Source: an uncultured Desulfobacterales bacterium
GTDB lineage: Bacteria; Desulfobacterota; Desulfobacteria; Desulfobacterales; JAUVVS01
NCBI GenBank assembly: GCA_964594355.1
Contig: CAZQOH010000001.1
Location: 1 to 36,250, forward strand
Length of the DNA stretch: 36,250 bases
Direction: 5' to 3'
Within the stretch, counting starts at the first letter, position 1, and each line of letters starts with the position of its first letter. Shown here one piece after another: positions 16,697 to 24,162 of the stretch. The notes under the pieces are model-generated. The model was not told where the DNA came from and did not search any database. It saw only the letters and a program-made list of their open reading frames with translations. The position numbers were made by a program, and so were the translations under genes.

Positions 16697-18034
16697 TTAG
16701 AGCCATGGAGGTGCTTTGAACTTGGCTTCGGCAAGATCAAGAGGCCAGATTATTTTTGGTTTTCCACCGTGCATCTGGGCCATTGGTAAAAAGAACCCTT
16801 TCATAAAATTACCCGTTCGGACGTCATTTCTTGAAAGCTGATGAAGGGTCCCCTCCTGAGAGAAGTCTTTCCAGAAGTCGTTGTACGTAGCAAAATCATA
16901 GAGTTGCCAGACTCCCTTGTGTTTCACCTTCTCTCTAATGTGCTCTGTCAGCTTTTCGAATTTAAGAGACCCCACATCCCTGAGAACCTTTATTGCCATC
17001 ATGGTATGATCGTATGGATGACCGGAAGGTGCAATCCCTGCATCAACGCCGTATTTGTCCTTAAACCGTTTCATCCATTCTTTCTGTTCAGGAGAAATGG
17101 GATAGGGAGAATCCATACAAAGGGCAAAGTCTGAAGCCTCTTTGGTGTTTTGATACCATTCCCCTGTCCATGTGAGCCCGTGAGCAATAAATAGGGCCTT
17201 GAGTCCCATGGCGCGAACCTGCTTGACAAAATTGTACATGGGCACTCCACCTGTCTGTGTGACTGCCACGACAGATACTTTGGCTGCTTTGTACTTTGTG
17301 ATGATAGGTGTGAACTCGGTCTCATCAATAGCATTCACATCAAAGGGCATCACGTCAAAGCCGGCAGTTCTCAGACTGACCTCCAAAGCTTCGCCCCATC
17401 CCCGGCCATAATCGGTGTCTTCAACAATGACGGCAGCCTTTTTGTTTGCCGGCTTCCATAGGCCTTTTTCCATGAAATGCATAAGCGGTGGTCCATAGAG
17501 CCCTGCAAAAACCGGAGGGGATGACCAGCCCTTGAACCATCCCTGGTATTTCTCAGGATGGTCGTTAATTTTAAAGTTGACGTACTGTGACTCGCCCTGA
17601 TGCCCAATGTGAACGATCTTGAGGGGAGATTCTGCATCCATACAGGCCATGGCAACAGATGAATGCCAACCTGTAACCATCATTTTGACCCCTGCGTTGA
17701 CGGCGTGTGTTATGGCTCTGACCGATTTTTCAGGGCTCGACTGGCTGTCCACCCACACTGGTTGGATATCCAAGGTTTTGCCATCGACCTTCACGGGGAT
17801 CTCTCCCGCCGCCCTGGCATCCTCAAGGGCCATCTTAATACCCCTCTTGAACGCATCTCCTGTCCGGCTGGCAGGTCCCGTGAAAGGGCCCATAAAACCG
17901 ATCTTCAGCTTCGTCGCCGCATGGGCATTCTTTGGAAGGCCCGCTGTTAGGACACCTCCGGCAACAGCAGCTATCCCAACGGTTTTTACAAAGTCACGAC
18001 GAGTCATTCCTTCTTTTCTTTCCTCTTCTTTCAT
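16697..18034 (-). CDS. Periplasmic substrate-binding protein of the Liv/amide type (type I PBP fold) with twin-arginine signal peptide
   Basis: 445 aa. The N-terminus MKEEERKEGMTRRDFVKTVGIAAVAGGVLTAGLPKNAHA-AT has a TRRDFVK Tat motif, a hydrophobic core and an AHA cleavage site. A strong GGAAAGGAGG lies upstream, and it is the first gene of the ABC operon. Confidence 0.85.
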   Translation of the reverse strand: MKEEERKEGMTRRDFVKTVGIAAVAGGVLTAGLPKNAHAATKLKIGFMGPFTGPASRTGDAFKRGIKMALEDARAAGEIPVKVDGKTLDIQPVWVDSQSSPEKSVRAITHAVNAGVKMMVTGWHSSVAMACMDAESPLKIVHIGHQGESQYVNFKINDHPEKYQGWFKGWSSPPVFAGLYGPPLMHFMEKGLWKPANKKAAVIVEDTDYGRGWGEALEVSLRTAGFDVMPFDVNAIDETEFTPIITKYKAAKVSVVAVTQTGGVPMYNFVKQVRAMGLKALFIAHGLTWTGEWYQNTKEASDFALCMDSPYPISPEQKEWMKRFKDKYGVDAGIAPSGHPYDHTMMAIKVLRDVGSLKFEKLTEHIREKVKHKGVWQLYDFATYNDFWKDFSQEGTLHQLSRNDVRTGNFMKGFFLPMAQMHGGKPKIIWPLDLAEAKFKAPPWL

Positions 18035-18117
18035 AGTAAATCCTCCTTTCCTCTATTGGTTGTTTAGAAAAAAGTAATAGATTGAACCTTTAGAATTCTT
18101 CACCTCCTTTCATACAA

Positions 18118-18264
18118 CTTGAGACCTTTGCAAAACGCCCCCTTTTGCTCAATTTCTGCGTTAGGCTCAAATTTTAATCCTCAAAATACTCAATGTATTC
18201 CTGTGGTTAAAATTTTCGCCTGCCTTGAACTTGAACAAAATTGAGCATTTTTCAAAGGTCTCAA
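18118..18264. repeat. Three-tier imperfect palindrome in the gap between the racemase-family gene and the ABC binding-protein gene
   Basis: ttgagacctttg (18119-18130) pairs with caaaggtctcaa (18253-18264), and tgctcaattt (18146-18155) with aaattgagca (18238-18247). ggctcaaattttaa (18164-18177) pairs with ttaaaattttcgcc (18207-18220), with 2 mismatches. Confidence 0.7.
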
Positions 18265-18376
18265 CTTTCCAATAAAAAAAGTAATTATTTAGCCATGCCA
18301 CTAAAACACGTATGAAAAGTGAAGTCAAGACACAAATAAAATATATCAATCTTACTCTTTCAAATCTCTTATTTTT

Positions 18377-19387
18377 CTACAAAACAAACCCATTTGCAAA
18401 AGGGTCTTCGGGATCTATAACAAATTTATGAAATCCCGTCAGAAATGGGCGACAACTGACTTTAGGAACGATTGCGGGAATATCACCCACCTTGGTTTCA
18501 GATAAGATCTCGCCTTTGAAAACAGAGCGTATGGAACTTTCGTGACGAAATTGCTGGCCAACGGCGAGTTTTCCTTTTCTGTTAAGAACAGCCATTCTGG
18601 CACAGGTTCCACTGCCACAGGGAGATCGATCAGCCTGGCCTAAGCCGAATATCACAATGTTTCGCGCATCTGCATGGGGTCCTGAGGGTGGAGCGGTGAT
18701 TATACAGAGGTCAATTGTACGTATATGCTCCTTTGTTTTGTCCTGTACCGGTATCTGTTTGTTAGCAGCATTAAGTACAGCCATTCCCTTCTTTATCAAT
18801 TCATTTGTATATTCAGAGTCAATACTTTCGATGCCAAGTTGATCAGAATTCACAATTACAAAAAAGTTACCTCCGTAGCCTACATCCACAATAATTTTAC
18901 CATGCTCCGGTACTTCTATTTCCTTATCTAAAACCCAGGCATAGGATGTCACATCTACAAAACTGACTTCTGTTACCCTGTCGTTTTCATCGGTTAATAC
19001 CGTTCCCTCAATTATACCTGCCGGCACCTCAAGTCGAACGGTTGTTTTTCCCGGTTTAGATTCAACCCTGCCCGTTTCAACCATCATCGCACATATACCG
19101 AGTGTGCCATGACCACACATATTCAAATAACCTTTACCATCCATATATATAACGGCAGCATCGGCAGAAGGATCAATGGGAGGAAGGAGTATGGCCCCAA
19201 ACATATCTCGGTGACCACGAGGCTCGTGCATAAGTGACATTCGAAGCCAATCCATATGATTTTTAAGATAATCCATGCGCTCAGCCATGGTGTCTCCTTT
19301 GACTTTTCCGAACCCGTCAACAATTATCCGTGTAGGTTCTCCGGCCGTATGCGAATCGATTACAGATATGATATTCTTTAAATTCAT
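18377..19387 (-). CDS. Proline racemase family enzyme (4-hydroxyproline 2-epimerase or proline racemase type, Cys/Cys)
   Basis: 336 aa. The N-terminal VIDSHTAGEPTRII is the family hallmark. Both catalytic positions are Cys (NMCGHGT, Cys91; DRSPCGSGT, Cys257), which indicates an epimerase/racemase rather than the Cys/Thr dehydratase subtype. Confidence 0.85.
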   Translation of the reverse strand: MNLKNIISVIDSHTAGEPTRIIVDGFGKVKGDTMAERMDYLKNHMDWLRMSLMHEPRGHRDMFGAILLPPIDPSADAAVIYMDGKGYLNMCGHGTLGICAMMVETGRVESKPGKTTVRLEVPAGIIEGTVLTDENDRVTEVSFVDVTSYAWVLDKEIEVPEHGKIIVDVGYGGNFFVIVNSDQLGIESIDSEYTNELIKKGMAVLNAANKQIPVQDKTKEHIRTIDLCIITAPPSGPHADARNIVIFGLGQADRSPCGSGTCARMAVLNRKGKLAVGQQFRHESSIRSVFKGEILSETKVGDIPAIVPKVSCRPFLTGFHKFVIDPEDPFANGFVL

Positions 19388-19400
19388 TAAATCCTCCCTT

Positions 19401-20573
19401 TTAAACCAGTCCGCTTTCGCTTAGTGGTTTTTTTTCCAAAATCCGTTCGGGCCGAAAGACCGACAAATCCAGAGTTGATTGTCTCCCTAATATCAGTTCC
19501 GACATGTAGCGACCCACTGCCGGCGCCTGCTGAAGCCCATGACCGGAAAAGCCGTTGGCCAGAAAGAACCCTTTAAGTTCCGGCCACTCACCAAGTATTG
19601 CGTTCCCGTCGAGATTATTCACTGCGTATAACCCTGCCCAGCCTCGAACCAGTTTGAGCGTATCAAAGGCAGGGACGAACTCGGCTAATTCCGGCCAGAG
19701 AGTCTCCATGAATCTCTTATCATCCCAGGTAAAGTCGAATCCAACCGGATCCTCCGCCATTGACTTGCCCAACAGGATCAAGCCGCCTGTTTCAGTTCTG
19801 AAATAAAGTCCAGAGGGTAGAATGGTCAGGGGTAACGGTCCTTCGGGTTTAACTGCTGTTTTGAGCGTGAAAACCTGACGTTTGACAGGATCAACCGGTA
19901 TCTTTACTCCAGCCGTCTGCGCCACGTTGGCTGCCCACGCGCCGGTACAATTAACCACAAATTTGGACTTCAGACTTCCGTCTGAAGCCAGCTTGACCCC
20001 CGATGTCCTTCCATGATCAGCTATAATCTCAACGACCTCGTCTTTAATGTATTTCGCCCCTAATGATCCGGCTTTTTTCTTATATCCCATTAAAACGGCA
20101 TAGGCATCAAAATGACCGTCTTGAGACCCAAAGGAGCCACCTGCCAGACTGCCGGGTTCATAAAGTGGATAATGTTCCTTGATTTTTTCCGGTGACCACC
20201 ACTCTACCTGACAACCCAGGCTTTTCTGTAAGTCCAGAGCTTCTTCGGCCGCCTTACGGGCATCTTCTTCCACTAGAAAAAGATTGCCCTCACGGCGATA
20301 GTAGATTTTCGGTTTGTTATCATCGATTGCCATCTCGTCCTCAAAACGCTCTAAAACGTCAAATGCGTATTGTGAGACCTGAATGTTCTCCTTGAGGCTG
20401 AACTGGATACGCGCATTTACCATGGACAGGGTGGTTGAGGCTCTTTCATAGGTGGGGTCTCGTTCAACAACCGCTACTTTGATATTTGCATCAGCGCTCA
20501 TGAGGTAATAAGCTGTGGAGCTGCCCATGACACCGCCGCCGACAATGATGATATCGTAGATGTTATTGTTCAT
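19401..20573 (-). CDS. FAD-dependent oxidoreductase (DAO / sarcosine-oxidase-beta-like family)
   Basis: 390 aa. It has the N-terminal FAD fold YDIIIVGGGVMGSSTAYYL and a length and layout typical of the DAO family. Its stop lies 13 nt before the racemase-family start. Confidence 0.8.
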   Translation of the reverse strand: MNNNIYDIIIVGGGVMGSSTAYYLMSADANIKVAVVERDPTYERASTTLSMVNARIQFSLKENIQVSQYAFDVLERFEDEMAIDDNKPKIYYRREGNLFLVEEDARKAAEEALDLQKSLGCQVEWWSPEKIKEHYPLYEPGSLAGGSFGSQDGHFDAYAVLMGYKKKAGSLGAKYIKDEVVEIIADHGRTSGVKLASDGSLKSKFVVNCTGAWAANVAQTAGVKIPVDPVKRQVFTLKTAVKPEGPLPLTILPSGLYFRTETGGLILLGKSMAEDPVGFDFTWDDKRFMETLWPELAEFVPAFDTLKLVRGWAGLYAVNNLDGNAILGEWPELKGFFLANGFSGHGLQQAPAVGRYMSELILGRQSTLDLSVFRPERILEKKPLSESGLV

Positions 20574-20594
20574 AGAAGTATAAATTTTCTTTTA

Positions 20595-20777
20595 TTAATT
20601 AATCTTAACCCTGACAAGCCGGAAGGGTTAATCGTTATTTGTTATTCTTTATTATAGCGGTTTTCAAAAATATGTTCCGATTGATTCGCGTCTAAGCTTC
20701 CGGACTCATCGTGGGTTTATTTCTTTTAAACAATTAACCAATAACAAATAACGAATAACTCCCAATTGGTTTTTTAC
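20595..20777. repeat. Palindromic intergenic element with terminal hairpins and heptamer arms
   Basis: Left hairpin: ttaaccct (20595-20602) with agggttaa (20614-20621). Arm cgttatttgttatt (20623-20636) pairs perfectly with aataacaaataacg (20730-20743). Right hairpin: tcccaat (20750-20756) with attggga (20771-20777). Confidence 0.75.
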
Positions 20778-20789
20778 CCGATTGGGATA

Positions 20790-21941
20790 TTATTTAAATT
20801 GTTCCATTTTAGAAAAATCACGATACAAATCAAAATGTTTTAAGATTTCTATATCCTCCTTTGATAGTTCATTTGAAATGATTCTGCAAATTAATTTCCC
20901 TAAACCGGGTCCCAACATGAATCCCTGACCACACATACCTACTGCATTTATGAAATTAGGAGTTTCTTTAAGAGCCCCAACTATTGGGAATCCATCTGGA
21001 GTCCTCTGATATTGCCCGCGCCAGGTTCGGCGAACTTTAATATTGGCCAGTTTTGGGAAAAGTTTTACCATTCGTCCGGCAACTTGTGGTAAAAAAAAGG
21101 AAGTGGAATCACAATCCGTTCCATATATAGACGGTTTGGGAGTTATACAGAAAATCACCTGCCCTTCATTATTTTGATAAAAATAAAAATTCGCTGAATC
21201 TTTAGTTGGCCTCATATCGACAATCATTGGTCCGAAAAATCTTTTAACAGGTTCGGTGATACCGCCTTCATGACTGTCAGGAACCACAGGTAAATCCAGG
21301 TTTACCATTTTTCCGATTTCTTTTGCATTATTTCCTGAAGCATTTACAACAAAATTACAATGATAATTCCCTTTGTTTGTAACTACTTTTATGGGATTAT
21401 TTTTTTTAACTTTTATATCAACAACTTTTTCTTTGAATTTATATTTTCCGCCAAACTCCAGACTTTTGAAATAGAAGGCACTGTTTGCTAAAAGTGGCGA
21501 CGCACTTCCATCATCTGGTGAATAGGTGGAGCCTTGTAATCCATTTTCGTTTATACCCGGAACCAATTCTTTATATTCTTCCGCAGAAATCCAATCTATA
21601 TTCAATCCAAATAATTTTTGGATCTTTAACAAAGCTTTAAGTTTTTTTTCATCTTTTTTTGTATAAGCCGGAAAACTGTATCCGTTTTTTATCCATCCAA
21701 TATGGTCGCCATACTTTTCTTTCCAGGTGGAGAAAATCTCTATACTTAGCTGACAGACTTTGATTTTCCCTTTATTGGAATGAGTGGCACGAATACCTCC
21801 GATAGCTCTTTTATTCTGTCCTTGTCCTGGTGAAGACAGCGCATCAATAACCAAGACTTTAATCCTCTTCTCTGCCAAAGTCAAAGCAATTGGAACACCA
21901 ATAGAACCCGCGCCGATAACGATTACTTCGTATTTATTCAT
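20790..21941 (-). CDS. FAD-dependent oxidoreductase, beta-subunit-like (sarcosine oxidase beta / opine oxidase B / D-hydroxyproline dehydrogenase beta type)
   Basis: 383 aa. It has the FAD fold YEVIVIGAGSIGVPIALTL and the GGIRATHS block. It is partnered with the large Fe-S flavoprotein gene upstream. Confidence 0.8.
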   Translation of the reverse strand: MNKYEVIVIGAGSIGVPIALTLAEKRIKVLVIDALSSPGQGQNKRAIGGIRATHSNKGKIKVCQLSIEIFSTWKEKYGDHIGWIKNGYSFPAYTKKDEKKLKALLKIQKLFGLNIDWISAEEYKELVPGINENGLQGSTYSPDDGSASPLLANSAFYFKSLEFGGKYKFKEKVVDIKVKKNNPIKVVTNKGNYHCNFVVNASGNNAKEIGKMVNLDLPVVPDSHEGGITEPVKRFFGPMIVDMRPTKDSANFYFYQNNEGQVIFCITPKPSIYGTDCDSTSFFLPQVAGRMVKLFPKLANIKVRRTWRGQYQRTPDGFPIVGALKETPNFINAVGMCGQGFMLGPGLGKLICRIISNELSKEDIEILKHFDLYRDFSKMEQFK

Positions 21942-21960
21942 TCTTATTCCAGGGTTGCAT

Positions 21961-22072
21961 CATCCGTCATCTGTCTTCTGCCATCTGTCATCCGTCATCC
22001 GTCATCCGTCATCTGTCATCCGTCATCCGTCCTCTGTCTTCTGTCTTCCGTCATCCGTCATCTGTCATCCGT
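21961..22072. repeat. Tandem heptanucleotide array, 16 head-to-tail units of CATCYGT and variants (ACRGATG on the coding strand)
   Basis: Read directly: catccgt catctgt cttctgc catctgt catccgt x3 catctgt catccgt x2 cctctgt cttctgt cttccgt catccgt catctgt catccgt. It fills most of the 139-bp gap between the alpha-like stop (22081) and the beta-like start (21941). Confidence 0.95.
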
Positions 22073-22080
22073 CACCAATC

Positions 22081-24162
22081 CTAACCTCCATCTGAAAATT
22101 TTCCCAAAGGAACCTCAACAAAAAGGGGACGTCGTAAATTTAATTCAACCTCTTCCAAAGGAATATCTTCTTCACGGAATATTTGCTTCACTAAGTTTTC
22201 ACATGTTTTGTAACCACAAGGACCCATCCCGGCGCGAGTGATTGCCTTAATCTGGTTCATATTTATAATCCCTTTGCGAACAAGAGAACGTATTTCATCG
22301 GCATTAACTCTTTCACAGAGGCAAACCATTTCTTCTTCATCAATATTATCTGGGAAACGAAGATCTTCAAGCGGCTTTGATATGTCTTCATCTTGAATTC
22401 GAAAAGAAACAACTTTTTGGGCAATCTCTTTTGGAACTTTAATTCTTACTAATTGGGTTTTATTTGTAAATTTAGTCTTGGTAACACGAACAACCTCAAA
22501 ATTGCCAAGAGGATTGGTATCATTATCAACACATTCGACATTGTCACCTTTCTCAATTTTGATGTTGGAAACTTCATAAGGCAAAGTGACCAAAGGATTC
22601 TGTGCATCTTTTCGGAAATCAACAAGAGTAATTGCCAGCCCGGGACAAATCGCCACACATTTTGCACAACCATTACACCCGTTTCCCTCAAAAACAGGAA
22701 GACCTCGTATGGGATCACCTTTAATCTTTATGGAATTTGTTTTGCAAACAGTGATACACGGGTTACAGGGAATTTCCTGTCTACAGTGAATAATGGGCGC
22801 CACCCCTTCACTTAATTTTGAAATTCTCGTTTTATAAACTTTGCCGGCTGGAGATTTCAATGTTTCCGCTTTTTCATACCAACTTTTCGGAATTTCGTTG
22901 ACATCCGCTCTAAGCTCTTTGGCAATTTTTAGTCCGACAATTTTCCCATTAAACATTGCTGAAGAAGCTTCTGCAATTTCCATGGCGTCCCCGGCGGAAT
23001 AGACATTTAATCCTGCTGTCTTTGCTTCTTCTGCAAATTCACTGACAGATTCCAGACCGACTGCAATGAGAATTGTGTCACATTCAAAAGTTTTTTCAGT
23101 ACCATCGATTATTTTAAAATTGCTATCGATCTGTGCAATCGTAATTGAAGTAACAGATTTCTCTCCATTTGCCGAACTTATGGTGTGGGATGTATAAATC
23201 GGCACCCCAAGTCTTTTTAATTTATCTTCATGAACCTTGTATCCACCGCATTTCGGCAATGCTTCCACAAGTCCCACAACATTTATACCGGCCTGCAAAG
23301 CGTGATAACCGGCAATAAGACCTACATTCCCGCCGCCAATTATAAACAGCTTTTCGGTGGGACGAATCATATCTCTATTTACCAGGGTTTGAAATGCGCC
23401 TGCTCCATAAATTCCTGCCAGTCTATTTCCTTTAAAACGAAGGAATTTTTCCCTTGCACCGGTGGCGTTTAAAACAATTTTAGGTAAAACTATTTTATAA
23501 ACACCGTCTTTAAGGATACCCACTGCTTTATCTTTAAAAACATACAAAGCAGTGCTGTTTGTCCAGATTTCTATGTTTTCATTTTCCAAAACCTTCTTGG
23601 TAAGCATTTTGCCGATATCTATTCCACGCATTCCGGCAAAAGAATCTTCCACCGATCCGAAGAACTTATGAGTTTGCAAAACCAATTTGCCGCCCAACTC
23701 GCTTTTATCATCAACCAGCAGGGCTTTTATGCTGTTTTCTCCCAATTGAATTGCCGCGGAAAGACCGGCCGGACCTCCGCCAATAATTAAAACATCCGTT
23801 TTTAGATGCTCAATATCGCTGATTTTCGGTTTTTTATTAACTTCCGGAAGCTTTGGAAGACCTTCTACACTTTCTATAATCATATTTTCTGCAACTTCGG
23901 TCATACAGGCCTTTACAGGAATACCGTTTGCAATTACGGCACACTTTGCACACTGACCGTTGGCACAAAAGATACCTTGAGCGCTTCCATCTTTATGATG
24001 GTGCCCGAAAATTTTAACCCCGTTTGCAAAAAGTGCGGAAGAAATGACCTCCCCCTTTTTAGCTTTTATAGGTGTTTTATTCCAATAACATGTAATATCC
24101 TCCAATTCCTTAATGGGCAATATTGGGTGTTTTACTAACCTATAGTTACTCACCTTTTTCAC
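22081..24162 (-). CDS. Multi-domain Fe-S flavoprotein: 2Fe-2S-like N-domain + FAD/NAD(P) pyridine-nucleotide-disulfide-type oxidoreductase + ferredoxin-like 4Fe-4S region + BFD-like 2Fe-2S C-domain (alpha-subunit-like)
   Basis: 693 aa. It has an N-terminal Cys cluster (FCANGQCAKCAV...KAC) and two GxGxxG folds (LIIGGGPAGLSAA, FIIGGGNVGLIAG). It also has CRQEIPCNPCITVC plus CNGCAKCVAICP, and a C-terminal CLCERV...GPCGYKTC. The start is uncertain (GTG 24162, GTG 24153 or TTG 24120); the two GTG candidates overlap the MttB-family stop at 24146 and the TTG lies 25 nt downstream of it. Confidence 0.8.
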   Translation of the reverse strand: MKKVSNYRLVKHPILPIKELEDITCYWNKTPIKAKKGEVISSALFANGVKIFGHHHKDGSAQGIFCANGQCAKCAVIANGIPVKACMTEVAENMIIESVEGLPKLPEVNKKPKISDIEHLKTDVLIIGGGPAGLSAAIQLGENSIKALLVDDKSELGGKLVLQTHKFFGSVEDSFAGMRGIDIGKMLTKKVLENENIEIWTNSTALYVFKDKAVGILKDGVYKIVLPKIVLNATGAREKFLRFKGNRLAGIYGAGAFQTLVNRDMIRPTEKLFIIGGGNVGLIAGYHALQAGINVVGLVEALPKCGGYKVHEDKLKRLGVPIYTSHTISSANGEKSVTSITIAQIDSNFKIIDGTEKTFECDTILIAVGLESVSEFAEEAKTAGLNVYSAGDAMEIAEASSAMFNGKIVGLKIAKELRADVNEIPKSWYEKAETLKSPAGKVYKTRISKLSEGVAPIIHCRQEIPCNPCITVCKTNSIKIKGDPIRGLPVFEGNGCNGCAKCVAICPGLAITLVDFRKDAQNPLVTLPYEVSNIKIEKGDNVECVDNDTNPLGNFEVVRVTKTKFTNKTQLVRIKVPKEIAQKVVSFRIQDEDISKPLEDLRFPDNIDEEEMVCLCERVNADEIRSLVRKGIINMNQIKAITRAGMGPCGYKTCENLVKQIFREEDIPLEEVELNLRRPLFVEVPLGKFSDGG

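Noticed and set aside
18167-18349. Minus-strand 60-aa ORF in the racemase/SBP intergenic gap
   Set aside because: It overlaps the three-tier palindrome, is AT-rich and low-complexity, and has no convincing RBS.
21784-22095. Plus-strand 103-aa ORF with the repeated peptide HPSSVI/RHPSSV
   Set aside because: It is the translation of the heptamer array (period 7 cycles through all three frames). It lies antisense to the operon and has no RBS or start context.
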